Part shown: positions 1-9,778 of the stretch, piece after piece | Layout: every line of letters starts with the position of its first letter | Numbering within the stretch: the stretch's first letter is position 1 | DNA from: Terriglobia bacterium | Lineage (GTDB): Bacteria > Acidobacteriota > Terriglobia > JAJPHL01 > JAPKYU01 | Length of the DNA: 64,000 nt | Direction: 5' to 3' | Assembly (NCBI GenBank): GCA_965206645.1 | Contig: CBDBKE010000004.1 | Location: forward strand, 198,738-262,737 | The notes under the pieces: model-generated | What the model saw: the letters and a program-made list of their open reading frames with translations, nothing else | Database searches by the model: none | What the model was told of the DNA's origin: nothing | Made by a program: the position numbers and the translations under genes

Positions 1-228
1 GTTCGTCCAACTCGCGCACCACAATCAGACCGCCGTCGGAAGTGATTCGCGATCCCTGAAATGTGACCCGCAGAAACCGGTTGAATGACAGTTGAAACGC
101 CTGTTTTTGGCTCTCACCCATTCGGTGTACACCTCCGGAAGGCAATGTTGATGCTGGAACCCGCATCAATACTGACGTTGGAGTCATTCAGAAGGTTGCC
201 GCCGATAGTTCATAAAGGAAATCCGGGG
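1..228 (-). mobile_element. IS1380-family insertion sequence, left end and transposase N-terminus (runs off the window)
   Basis: Minus-strand ATG at 121 reads MGESQKQAFQLSFNRFLRVTFQGSRITSDGGLIVVRELDE, the typical IS1380 transposase start (not in the ORF track). A candidate terminal IR CCCCGGATTTCC lies at 217-228. Confidence 0.85.
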
Positions 229-330
229 TAATAAGCCAGTAATGAGCGCTCCACTGGGACAAAGGGGTGTATATTCTCAACCGCCGGAGAGCCAGGAAGT
301 CAATTCCGGCTAAAGGAAAGGGAGCAAATC

Positions 331-1764
331 GTGCAGAGATCCATACTTACTGCCACCGTCTTATGCCTCCTATGGCTTCCTGTTGCAGCCACAGGTCAGG
401 CAACCCGCGACACCGCAGCCTACCAACGAATCAAGGCATTTCTGGATACCGTGCCGATTATCGACACCCACAATCACATCCGGCCGTTTGATCAGCTGCC
501 TCCTTACGTCGAGACGGAACATGGCCGCGGCATCAACCTCTATGGCATTTGGGCACGTTCTTACTACCAACTCTACCGGCGGCTCAGTCCGTGGAAGCCC
601 GGTGAACCTTTTAAGGAGTGGTGGTCGCGAGCCAAGGGCGACTTTGATGAGGCGCGGGCTTTGAGCCAATATCGCTACATGCTCCCCGCATTCCAGGATC
701 TCTATGGCATCGACTTCAACACCATCACGGACGAACAAGCAGCTTCGCTGGACCAGCGTATCTTTGAGAACTATCGTGACCAGAAGTGGCTGTACGAGGT
801 CATCACCGAGCGGTCCAACATTGAATTGATGCTCAACGATCGCTATTGGGCGCCGCTTGATTTCAAGCTCTACCATCCGTTTGAGGTCATCATCTTCAGA
901 GTGGGGTTTCTATTGAACGGATTCCACCCCTCTGAGTTCAAAGAACCGTCAGTTTCGTTCAGCCCGCCAACTTCTTCATCTGATCCCTACCACTTCGCCC
1001 GGGAGCAGGGACTTAAGGTGGAGTCACTGGACGACTATCTCCTGGTGGTGGATCGTGCCTTCCAAACCGCCAAGGAGCACGGAGCGGTCGGGCTGAAAGT
1101 ACACACCCAGCGCAGCCTTCGCTTTGAAAATGTCGAGAAGGAGCGGGCGGCTCGCGTTTTCGGCCGGCCTCGAAAGGAGCTGTCGGCTGAGGAGATCAAG
1201 GACTTCGAGGATTTCATGATGTGGCGGCTGGTCGAGCTGAGCGCCAAATACGACCTGCCGTTTCAAATCCACACCGGGTACCACCTGCAGCCCTCGAACC
1301 CACTCTTGTTGGTTGACCTCATAAATGCCAATCCGCGGACCAAGTTCATCCTGTTCCACGGCGGCTACCCTTGGGTGAGCGAGACAGCGGCCATTGCCTT
1401 TCGTCGGATTCTTGCCGCCGCGCCGCATCCGTCGAATGTGTGGCTCGATTCCTGCTGGCTGCCGCTCATCAGCACCACGATGGCCAAGCGAGCGTTTCAC
1501 GAGTGGCTCGATATTATTCCGTCGGATCGGATCATGTGGGGTGCTGACACCGAATACGCCGAGGGTGTCTACGCTTCGACGGAATTTAGCCTCCGCTGCT
1601 TGGCCGAGGTCCTGGCCGAAAAGGTCATTAACGGCCAGCTGCGCGAGAAGGACGCGCGCAGGATCGGCCGCAACATCCTGCGCGACAACGCCCTGAAACT
1701 GTTTCCCCAGCTCAAAGAACGACTTTGGAAGCACAAAGGCCCGCTGCTCGTGAAACACGAGTGA
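331..1764 (+). CDS. Secreted amidohydrolase family protein (Amidohydro_2-like TIM barrel)
   Basis: 477 aa with N-terminal signal peptide; metal motifs IDTHNH, QIHTG, LFHGG and MWGAD. Confidence 0.8.
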   Translation: MQRSILTATVLCLLWLPVAATGQATRDTAAYQRIKAFLDTVPIIDTHNHIRPFDQLPPYVETEHGRGINLYGIWARSYYQLYRRLSPWKPGEPFKEWWSRAKGDFDEARALSQYRYMLPAFQDLYGIDFNTITDEQAASLDQRIFENYRDQKWLYEVITERSNIELMLNDRYWAPLDFKLYHPFEVIIFRVGFLLNGFHPSEFKEPSVSFSPPTSSSDPYHFAREQGLKVESLDDYLLVVDRAFQTAKEHGAVGLKVHTQRSLRFENVEKERAARVFGRPRKELSAEEIKDFEDFMMWRLVELSAKYDLPFQIHTGYHLQPSNPLLLVDLINANPRTKFILFHGGYPWVSETAAIAFRRILAAAPHPSNVWLDSCWLPLISTTMAKRAFHEWLDIIPSDRIMWGADTEYAEGVYASTEFSLRCLAEVLAEKVINGQLREKDARRIGRNILRDNALKLFPQLKERLWKHKGPLLVKHE

Positions 1765-1942
1765 ACGGTGGCGGGTGGGGGCCAGTCAAAGACTGCTCCA
1801 CAAACACATTCAGCCTTAGTTTCTAGCGGCCAGTGATTCTTCCTGAGCCCCATGGGCGCTTCAATCCTCTTTCCACTCCCTTTGCTGGCCGGGGGAAGAG
1901 TGCCTTAGGCGTCACCCGGTGAAGGGGCACAAGTAGCAGCGC

Positions 1943-2980
1943 ATGGCGGTACATTCAGCAGCAGCGATGCGGGAAGCCGACTTATACCCGGCGCTGAAGC
2001 GGCACTTCGAGAGCCTAGGCTGTGTCGTGTATGCGGAGGTGCCAGCTCCGCACGGGGGTTATGTGGACCTGCTGGCGGTGCGTGAGCCGGTGACTGTGGC
2101 TGTGGAGTTGAAGCCCTGGTTTTCGCGCGGGGCAGTTCGCCAGGCTGGGCGCAACAAGCGCTACGTTTGGGAATCCTACGTCGCAGTGCCGGAGGGCGCA
2201 CGGATTCCGCCCCGAAGGCGGGCGGTGCTGAAGCGGCACGGGGCAGGCTTGCTGCTGGTGAAAGTGGGGCCGGCGACGGATGCGGACTCCGGAGTGCGCA
2301 TGGGGATCGACGCCCGTCACCAGGCTCCAGCCTGCACAGTGCGAGAGGCCTTCGGATCACACCTGCGGGGGCAACTTGGGTTGGCTTACAGGGCGGCGGA
2401 GGGAGGTGTACCTACAAGCAAAAGAGTTAGTGCTTTCAATCTATTAGTGGGCGAGATTAAAGCATCGCTTGAAGATCACGGCGGCTGTGCCAACACCGAC
2501 CAGGTCCTGTCCGACACGCTTCCGTGGAATTACTTTCGCAGCCAGCGGGGTGGCTTGCAGTGGGTTCTGGCGCACAAGTTCCAGCCGCTGGGGCCTGACC
2601 TGTGGGAACTGAAAACAGACGCCGGAGGCCGCGCGGCAAAGCTCAATAGGCGGCGGCCAGTGGAGTACCCGCTGCCGCTCGAATCGCTGGTGCGCACACA
2701 CTTACCGGATACCTACGTCTGCCTGCCCCCACCCAACATCCGGCCCCTGCCGGGCGATTATCTAAGTCTCCGGAAGAACGGGCGACAGCTGCGGCGGTCG
2801 CGAATCGTCTCCGCCAAGCAGCACGCCATCGTGGAGACGCCGCACAGAGAACTGCGCGCCGGGCCAGCCGTCTTCTTTCCTTGGCGTTGTCCCCGGCCCT
2901 GGCGCTGTCCCCGGGAAATGGAGCTGCCGGAGAAAACTTTGGTCCTGCGCCTGATCCCGGACAAGGATCGAGCGCGGTAG
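1943..2980 (+). CDS. Putative PD-(D/E)XK nuclease-domain protein (DUF2161/MmcB-like N-terminus) with uncharacterised C-terminal region
   Basis: EADLYPALKRHF, then EV..VDLLAV..AVELK..Q..YVAVP, matches the E-D-ExK-Q restriction-like fold pattern. Confidence 0.6.
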   Translation: MAVHSAAAMREADLYPALKRHFESLGCVVYAEVPAPHGGYVDLLAVREPVTVAVELKPWFSRGAVRQAGRNKRYVWESYVAVPEGARIPPRRRAVLKRHGAGLLLVKVGPATDADSGVRMGIDARHQAPACTVREAFGSHLRGQLGLAYRAAEGGVPTSKRVSAFNLLVGEIKASLEDHGGCANTDQVLSDTLPWNYFRSQRGGLQWVLAHKFQPLGPDLWELKTDAGGRAAKLNRRRPVEYPLPLESLVRTHLPDTYVCLPPPNIRPLPGDYLSLRKNGRQLRRSRIVSAKQHAIVETPHRELRAGPAVFFPWRCPRPWRCPREMELPEKTLVLRLIPDKDRAR

Positions 2981-3054
2981 TGCTGGCAAGACGCTAAAAT
3001 GGTCATCAGAGGGTGCTGCTCAGGTCGCTTCCACTGAAGAGCAGAGATGAAACG

Positions 3055-3495
3055 ATGAGTGTCTTCGCGGAACAGATTCGAATCAGCGTTCCCAAAGAGG
3101 CAGTTTGGGATGCTCTGGCAGATATAGGGTCCATACACGAGTGGAACCCTGGAGTTGTTTCTTCTCGAAAGACAACGACTGGAGAAACCGGAGTAGGCTC
3201 AGGGCGACATTGTGAGCTAGGCGGAAAGAATTATCTCGATGAAAAGGTGGTTGAGTGGAGGCCAGGTGAAGAGTTGACAATGCGAATTGTCGGGACAAAC
3301 CTCCCGTTCAAGACAGCGGATATAAGATTCGTGCTCGAAGCCCAAGGCGAGGAGACAGCAGTCACCGTGTCGCCGAGATACACGCTCAAATTTGGTCCAT
3401 TGGGGAAGCTGCTCGATGCAGTCTTTGTACGGGCGTATTACAGGAGGGGAATGGTGAAGCTCCTACAGGGCCTGAAGCAGCATGTTGAAAGTTAG
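3055..3495 (+). CDS. SRPBCC (polyketide cyclase/dehydrase-like) family protein
   Basis: I.VPKEAVWDALADIGSIHEWNPGV N-terminus and C-terminal helix; about 146 aa from ATG 3055. Confidence 0.8.
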   Translation: MSVFAEQIRISVPKEAVWDALADIGSIHEWNPGVVSSRKTTTGETGVGSGRHCELGGKNYLDEKVVEWRPGEELTMRIVGTNLPFKTADIRFVLEAQGEETAVTVSPRYTLKFGPLGKLLDAVFVRAYYRRGMVKLLQGLKQHVES

Positions 3496-3600
3496 ATCTC
3501 CTGCTCCTGAATCTATGGCGGCGGTGGGGCTCCGGACAGGGACAAGAACAGGCGCCTGAATCCATCGGGCCGCGCTACAATAGGCCGACGGGGGAGCGCC

Positions 3601-3912
3601 ATGATCGAGGACATTGAACGGCGAGAACGGGGAAGGCGCCGACTGCGGGAAGCCGTAGCCGCTGAGTGGGAAGGCCGGCGCATCACCGGCGAGGCCACCG
3701 AATTGAGCCAGGACAGCATCTTCGTCGAAGCGGCTTCGCCGCCTCCGGCAGAAGCTGAGGTCCAGATCACTCTGGGTTCGGGCGCCGAAGCCATTCGTCT
3801 GTCCTGCCAGGTGCGGCGAATCACCGGCACCGGGTTTGCCGGCGAGTTTGAGATGCTGTCGGGGGAGCAGCGCGGAGCGCTGGGAAAGCTGCTGGCCCGG
3901 CTGCCCTACTAG
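3601..3912 (+). CDS. Stand-alone PilZ-like domain protein
   Basis: 103 aa with an Arg-rich N-terminus, degenerate ELSQDS in place of D/NxSxxG, LSCQVRR..GFAGEF and a terminal helix. Confidence 0.6.
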   Translation: MIEDIERRERGRRRLREAVAAEWEGRRITGEATELSQDSIFVEAASPPPAEAEVQITLGSGAEAIRLSCQVRRITGTGFAGEFEMLSGEQRGALGKLLARLPY

Positions 3913-3929
3913 CTGAGGAAGGGACTGAG

Positions 3930-5645
3930 ATGAGTGTATCTGTAGCGTTTATCGCGATTGCGCTTAGTCTGCTTGTCGGAGTCCTAGCCGGCGTCCTGCT
4001 CACTTGGATGCTCACTCGCAATCGCGTTCCCCCGTCCTTCCAAGAACGTTTGCAGGAGGCGGAGCTTAGCAGGGCAACGTCGGAGGCTTTTCTTACATCG
4101 CAGCGACAAATACTGCAAGAGAAGGAAAAATTGATAGCGGAAGCCCGCACTCAGCTATCCGCGGAGTTCAGTGAACACGCGACTCAGGCATTAAGAACCA
4201 GCAACGAAGCGTTTCTTGACCTTGCGACCCAAAAGTTCAGCACGCTCCGAGGAGAAGCGGAAGGAGACCTGAAGCAGCGCAAGACGGAGGTTGAGGCGCT
4301 CGTCAAACCGCTTGCCGAGGCGCTCACGAAGTACGAAACAAATCTGCGGACGATCGAAAGCGAGCGCCAAGAAGCTTACGGAGGCCTTCGGAATCTGCTT
4401 CAGGGAGTTGGCGAAACACAAGAGCAGCTGCGACGTGAAACGGCGAACTTGGTGACTGCTCTGCGGCGGCCTCATGTCCGGGGTCGCTGGGGAGAAATCA
4501 CCTTAAGGCGGGTAGCCGAACTGGCAGGGATGGCGGAGCATTGTGACTTCCAGGAACAGCCCACGATCGTAGGCGACGATGGCCGTTATCGTCCCGACAT
4601 GGTCGTGCATATGCCCGGCAATCTTAGCGTGCCCGTCGACTCCAAAGTACCGTTGGAAGCTTACCTTGAGGCCGTTGCGGTAACAACAGAGGAGGAAAGG
4701 AGCACACACCTGGATCGCCACGCGAGGCAAGTCCGCAGTCATATGGAGCGGCTTTCTTCGAAAGCCTACTGGAACCAGCTAGACTGCACCCCGGAGTTCA
4801 CGGTTATGTTCCTTCCTGGGGAGCCATTCTTTAGTGCCGCCGTCGATCGTGATCTTTCTCTGATGGAAGACGCAATTGAAAAGCGGGTGCTCATTGCGAC
4901 CCCGGTGACCCTGATCGCTCTTCTGAAAGCAGCCGCCTACGGATGGCGACAAGAAGCCGTCGCCCAGAACGCCCGCGAGATCAGCGAGGCGGGGAAGAAG
5001 GTTTACGAACGCGTTTCGATTCTTTGGGAGCACCTGAGCGAGTTGCGCTCAGCCCTGGATGACGCCGTAGGCGCATTTAACAAGACTAGGCGTTCCCTAG
5101 AGTCTCGGCTCCTCCCGAGTGTTCGCAGGTTCAAGGAATTGGGGGCAACTACCGCCGAAGAACTTGAGGAGATTCCACCAATAGATCAGGCGCTGGATTC
5201 CGTTGAGCCTCCGGCCGGGCAACCTCCGGTCGGGCAAAGAGAAGAGCCCCGAGGACCGGAAGTGGAATTGGGGGCGACCCTGGTGGCAGAAAAAAGGGTG
5301 GCAGAGAGCGCAGCGGAACAGATTCCGGAGACGGAACTACTGAAGCAGGCGTTGAATTTCGCTGAGCCTCCAGCCGTGCAGGAAGAAGAGGCCCGAGGAC
5401 CCGAAGTGGAATTGGGGACGACCATGGTGGCAGAGAGCGCCGCGGAAGAGATTGCAGAGACGGAACCAATAGGTGAAGTGCTGGGCTCGGTTGAGCTGCC
5501 AGCCGTGCAGGGAGTACAGGAGCGAGGATCCGAAAGGGGATGGGGGGCAACTATTGCAGAAGAGATTGCGGAGACGGATCCGCTAGATCAACTGCTGCGT
5601 GCGGCCCACCAGAGAGACCAAGAGCGCAGATCCCAAGTACATTAA
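3930..5645 (+). CDS. rmuC: DNA recombination protein RmuC with repetitive acidic C-terminal extension
   Basis: N-terminal TM helix and coiled coil; RGRWGEITL, RPDMVV, VDSKVPL, MFLPGE and ATPVTLIALLK motifs. Confidence 0.92.
   Translation: MSVSVAFIAIALSLLVGVLAGVLLTWMLTRNRVPPSFQERLQEAELSRATSEAFLTSQRQILQEKEKLIAEARTQLSAEFSEHATQALRTSNEAFLDLATQKFSTLRGEAEGDLKQRKTEVEALVKPLAEALTKYETNLRTIESERQEAYGGLRNLLQGVGETQEQLRRETANLVTALRRPHVRGRWGEITLRRVAELAGMAEHCDFQEQPTIVGDDGRYRPDMVVHMPGNLSVPVDSKVPLEAYLEAVAVTTEEERSTHLDRHARQVRSHMERLSSKAYWNQLDCTPEFTVMFLPGEPFFSAAVDRDLSLMEDAIEKRVLIATPVTLIALLKAAAYGWRQEAVAQNAREISEAGKKVYERVSILWEHLSELRSALDDAVGAFNKTRRSLESRLLPSVRRFKELGATTAEELEEIPPIDQALDSVEPPAGQPPVGQREEPRGPEVELGATLVAEKRVAESAAEQIPETELLKQALNFAEPPAVQEEEARGPEVELGTTMVAESAAEEIAETEPIGEVLGSVELPAVQGVQERGSERGWGATIAEEIAETDPLDQLLRAAHQRDQERRSQVH
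5168..5597 (+). repeat. Three degenerate in-frame tandem repeats in the rmuC tail
   Basis: The E(P/L)PA..RG(P/S)E..(L/W)G.T..AE.I.ETE/D unit recurs, anchored at 5205, 5364 and 5493 (periods 159 and 129 nt). Confidence 0.85.
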
Positions 5646-5654
5646 TTACGGCGT

Positions 5655-8600
5655 CTACGCGCTTTCCGCCTCGGCCTTGCCTGGCGGTATCGGCTTCTGC
5701 TGAGCCTCGTAAAGGCGCCGCCGCAGTTCCAACTCACTCCTCGCCACCCACTGAGAGCAGAGGGTCGCCAAGGTGGCGGACGCTTCTTCACGGGCCTGCT
5801 CAAGAATTCGCTCCAGGCTCTGCCGGAAGGCCACTTCCGCCTGGGCCACCTGGGCAGGGGTTTCCCGCAGCAGCATCTCATGGGCCTCGCGCACTCGCTC
5901 GATGGCGGTGCGGCTCAGCTGCTGCGTCTGATCGCGGAGCGGGACGGCCGCATCGGCCACGGCGTCCGTGAGCATCCGCGTCTGCTTCTGGCAAGCTTCC
6001 TCGTACTGCTGCGCCAGATGCTGCAAGCGCCGCTCGTAGTCGCGGCGGAGGGTTTCGACGGAGCGCTTGAGGCCTGCCACCCGGCTGCCGCCGGCCTGCT
6101 CCAGGCGTTTCTCTGCTTGCTCGAGGGTGCGGTCCAAGGAGGCGTGGATCCGCGCCTGGAAAACCTCCTGGGCAGCCTCGCCTACCGCTCCAATCTCTTG
6201 TTGACCCGCATTCAGCAGCTCTTTTAATTTCTGGTGGAGGCGAGTGGTGAGGGCTTCAGCGCGTCTGTCCAGCACAGCCTGCATTTCCTGATGTGCCTCG
6301 TCCAAGGCCGTGCGCGCGTCTTCCACCCGCCGCTCCACGGTGGCCACCGACAGCGCCAGTTCTGCTTTGGTCTGCTCCAGAGCGGAATAGAAGGAAATCA
6401 GGCTGGTGCGTTTATCCTCCAGAGCCGAGGAAAATCCGGCAAATTGCGCCTCCAGCCGCTGGTGCCTCTGCCGGGCCTGGTTTTCCATCTCGGCTCCCTC
6501 CCGCGTCATGGAGGCGCGTGTCTGCCGGATAGCGTCCAGAATTTCTCCTCCGGCAGTCGCAGCTTTTGCCTTACTGTCGGCGACCGCGCCCACAGCGTCC
6601 TGGGCTGCTTGCTTGACCGAGTGCTCGGTGTCCGCAGCATGCTGGGCTAGGTGCTCCACGCCTGCCTGCGCGCTGGCTTCCACTTCCTGACGCACCCGGT
6701 GCAGCCGCTGCGCATGAGCGGCCGCCACCGCTCCCAGCTCCTTGCAACGCTCTTCGGTGTGGCGATCCAGGGTCGAGGCCAGTTCGGCGATGCGCGGGAC
6801 GGCTTTCCCCATTTCTGCGGCCAGCGTCTGGCTGAATCTCTGCTGCGCATGGGCGGCGGCCTGTTCCAGCCCGGCTGAAAAGGCGTTGCGGAGGGATTCG
6901 AGCGGCCTCGCGGCGCGCTCCTGCAGCTCCTTTTCCAGCGCCATGGCGCCGGCCCGCAGTTTCTGCTCCAGCTCCAGCGTCCTGGATTTCAGTGACGCTT
7001 CTTGCCCGGCGGCGAAGCGCTCGATCTGCGCTTGGTTCTCCTCCGTGCAGGTCCGCAGGGAATCCATGTTGGCGCGCAAGTCGGCGCGGCCTTTTTCCAG
7101 GATTTCCAGGAGTCGGTCCAGGGCCCCCTTCCGCTGGTCATACCTGCTCGTCAGCGAACTGAACAGGGCGTCGAGTGCTTCCCGCTTTTGCTCGGCGCTC
7201 TGGTCCAGCGTGAGACGCATCTGCTGCACGTCGCGCGCCTGCCCACCGAGCTGGCGGGTGGCTTCAGCGGCACCGGCCTTGAGCGATTCGGCCTGCTGCT
7301 CGAGACGTTCGAACGCCTTCGCCGCAGCCTCTCCCAGTTCGCGGAGGTGGCGCGTGGCGGTCTCCTGTAACTGGATTTCGGCTTGGCCTGTCGTCGCCGA
7401 CAGCTTTTCCTGGGTGCTGGAAATTGCCCGTTCCGACCACTTCGCCAATTCTCGCAGGGAGGTACGTACCCGCGGCAGGCGTGCTTCGACCGCCGCGGCC
7501 TCGGCGGAGCCGGCCTCTTTGGCCTCCCGCGAGCGCTCCTGGAGCGACGTCTTGAACTGCTCCAACCCCTGCCCCGCGTGCTCGGCCAGCGTTGCCCGCG
7601 AGGCGTTTTGCAGCTCGGTGAAATTAGCCCGGGCAGTCTCCAGCGACTGGGCAATCCAGCGGGTGGCCGCGCTTTTCTGTTCGCCCAGCACCGAGGCGAA
7701 CGAGTGGGACGTCTCCTCGACGAGTTGTGGTGTCAGTGTTCGGAATTCCTCGATGCTGGCCAGGGACGCCCCATGCATTTCGCCGCGGCTTCTGTGGGTG
7801 ATCCGCTCCCCGTCCTGCCGCAGGCTGTTCAGACTGGCTGCCATCCGCTCGCGCCAGCTGGCGGACTGCGCTTCCAGTTCGGCCACCCCCCTCTGGTGCG
7901 CTTCCAAGCTGGCGGCCGACCTCGCCACGATTTCCTGGGCCTTGCTGCCTTCCTGTGCCAGCGTCTGTTGATATTTCTCTAGGGCCGCCTGCATTGCGGC
8001 CTCGAATTGCCGGGCCAGTTTCCCAATCTTTTCCTCCGTCCCGGCCGCCTGCCGGACCAAGGAGGCGCCGGCGCGTTCCTCCTGGGCGCGGATGACTTCC
8101 GCTGCGCCCCGCGCCTGGTCAGTAAGCTCCTCTCTTGCGATGTTCTTTCGGGCAGCCAGCAAGTCCAGTTGGGGCGCCAGCGCGCTAACCCCTTGCCGCC
8201 GTGCGACTTCCATCTGTTCGGCAAACTCCCGGAGCATCGTCTCGGCCTGTGCGCGAAGCGTTTCGCCTTTGCGCAGGACTCTCTCCAGCGATTCGTCCAG
8301 CGCATGAATGCGCTGGTGCACCGCGGCAGGTTCCTCGGCTGGCTTTCCGTCTTCCCCCGCCGGACCGTCCTTGTCTTGCCAGTCGGGAGGGAATTCGTGC
8401 TCCCAGTAACTTTCCTCCTCCACGAATCCCACTCCGAGCTGCCGTAGGCCAGGTTGGGAACACGACTTCACCGAAACCACCCGGGCCAGAGCAGGCTTGC
8501 CTCCGGACCGGCGGATGGCCAGTGGCGCACTGCGAGGAAACGGAGACCGAGCCGTAAGGCTGGCGCCATGCCGGCTGATGTCGCACGTAGAGGTGGATTC

Positions 8601-8714
8601 CACCAGAACTTTGCCGTCAGCGCCCCGACCCGCAATTTCCACCTCCACTACGCGGGCCAGACGCGGGCTGCGCCGGCGGTGGCCATTGGGCTTGCGGATG
8701 TCAGTAGCTCCCAT
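5655..8714 (-). CDS. PilZ domain fused to a very long coiled-coil region
   Basis: RRRSPR and DISRHG PilZ motifs in the first about 110 aa, followed by about 870 aa of A/E/Q/L/R-rich helical sequence. Confidence 0.75.
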   Translation of the reverse strand: MGATDIRKPNGHRRRSPRLARVVEVEIAGRGADGKVLVESTSTCDISRHGASLTARSPFPRSAPLAIRRSGGKPALARVVSVKSCSQPGLRQLGVGFVEEESYWEHEFPPDWQDKDGPAGEDGKPAEEPAAVHQRIHALDESLERVLRKGETLRAQAETMLREFAEQMEVARRQGVSALAPQLDLLAARKNIAREELTDQARGAAEVIRAQEERAGASLVRQAAGTEEKIGKLARQFEAAMQAALEKYQQTLAQEGSKAQEIVARSAASLEAHQRGVAELEAQSASWRERMAASLNSLRQDGERITHRSRGEMHGASLASIEEFRTLTPQLVEETSHSFASVLGEQKSAATRWIAQSLETARANFTELQNASRATLAEHAGQGLEQFKTSLQERSREAKEAGSAEAAAVEARLPRVRTSLRELAKWSERAISSTQEKLSATTGQAEIQLQETATRHLRELGEAAAKAFERLEQQAESLKAGAAEATRQLGGQARDVQQMRLTLDQSAEQKREALDALFSSLTSRYDQRKGALDRLLEILEKGRADLRANMDSLRTCTEENQAQIERFAAGQEASLKSRTLELEQKLRAGAMALEKELQERAARPLESLRNAFSAGLEQAAAHAQQRFSQTLAAEMGKAVPRIAELASTLDRHTEERCKELGAVAAAHAQRLHRVRQEVEASAQAGVEHLAQHAADTEHSVKQAAQDAVGAVADSKAKAATAGGEILDAIRQTRASMTREGAEMENQARQRHQRLEAQFAGFSSALEDKRTSLISFYSALEQTKAELALSVATVERRVEDARTALDEAHQEMQAVLDRRAEALTTRLHQKLKELLNAGQQEIGAVGEAAQEVFQARIHASLDRTLEQAEKRLEQAGGSRVAGLKRSVETLRRDYERRLQHLAQQYEEACQKQTRMLTDAVADAAVPLRDQTQQLSRTAIERVREAHEMLLRETPAQVAQAEVAFRQSLERILEQAREEASATLATLCSQWVARSELELRRRLYEAQQKPIPPGKAEAESA

Positions 8715-8852
8715 AAGCTGACAACTCAGCGTGCCGCACCGGCTCGCCCCGCTACAGGGCCGGGCCTTCTCGCAGCGCGCAATAAAGCTGGAATCAAGGG
8801 GTCCCTAAGGTATACGCGCCAGATGGAAAGGTCCAGCCTGTTCTAGGCCTGT

Positions 8853-9647
8853 CTAGGTTTGCGCTGAGGGCGCCAGGCGCTCTTCCAGAGCCCGCACCAG
8901 GTCGATCAGGAAAGGCCGCGCATCCAGTTGAGCGCGGAAGTATTCCAGCGCCTCGGCACAGGCGGCATCCGCATCCGGACGCAGCAGGCCACGCATGCGC
9001 TGGCATTGCAGGAAAATGAGATAGGTCAGGGCCACGTCGGCCATACAGTACTCGGCAATGCCGGCCAGGTTCCCCTGTTCGTATTCCCCTTCCACTTCGG
9101 CGCCGTCCATCTCGGTCTTGCCGGGTAGCCCGACCAGCTTGGCTACCGCGTCCAGGGAGGCTTTGGGCGCGGCTCCGAAGTTGGTGAGGAACTCGACAAT
9201 GTCGAAGTGGAACTCCGGCGCGTAGCGGTAGCGGTAATTGTTGAATTTGTCCCGCGCGGTGAAGTAATCAACTGAGCCCATCCCGTACCGCAGCGAGCGG
9301 TGCTCGATCACCGGCAGATCGAAGCTGCGCCCGTTAAAAGTGACCAACGCGCATTCGGGGCCCGGCACCGGCGGCGGGTTGCGCCGGCCGCCACCGTAAC
9401 GCTCGAACGTTTCCCAGAAAAATTGCAGGGTTTCGCGCTCCTTGTCCGGATCGCCGGACATGGCACCGAAACTGCGGATGCGCAGGTTCTCGTCGCAAAC
9501 CAGCCCGCCGATCACGATGGGGATGTGGAACAATGGATGCAGCAGCCGGTTTGATTGCTCCTTCACGCTGGCGTAGCTGTGGCCGTACACGGCCTCCACC
9601 AGGGGCTTGTCGGGATACGTCTCAATGTCGAAGATCAGGTAGTTCAT
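8853..9647 (-). CDS. 3'-5' exonuclease, PolB-like (DnaQ superfamily)
   Basis: ExoI FDIET, ExoII FNGRSFDLPVI and ExoIII YCMADV; start placed at ATG 9647. Confidence 0.85.
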   Translation of the reverse strand: MNYLIFDIETYPDKPLVEAVYGHSYASVKEQSNRLLHPLFHIPIVIGGLVCDENLRIRSFGAMSGDPDKERETLQFFWETFERYGGGRRNPPPVPGPECALVTFNGRSFDLPVIEHRSLRYGMGSVDYFTARDKFNNYRYRYAPEFHFDIVEFLTNFGAAPKASLDAVAKLVGLPGKTEMDGAEVEGEYEQGNLAGIAEYCMADVALTYLIFLQCQRMRGLLRPDADAACAEALEYFRAQLDARPFLIDLVRALEERLAPSAQT

Positions 9648-9778
9648 GAACGCGGCGCTTTGCACATAAGCATACCCGGGAAAGTGGGCGAGAGCAAAGG
9701 ATCCGGAGAGGACGCACCCGCCCACGCCACCACCGGGCCACCCCATCAAATGCAGCGCGGTGGCAGGGCGATCCGAGG

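Noticed and set aside
6742-7971. Long antisense ORFs (also 10896-11849, 22164-23414, 53662-54675 and similar)
   Set aside because: Shadow frames of well-supported genes in high-GC DNA, with no motifs of their own.
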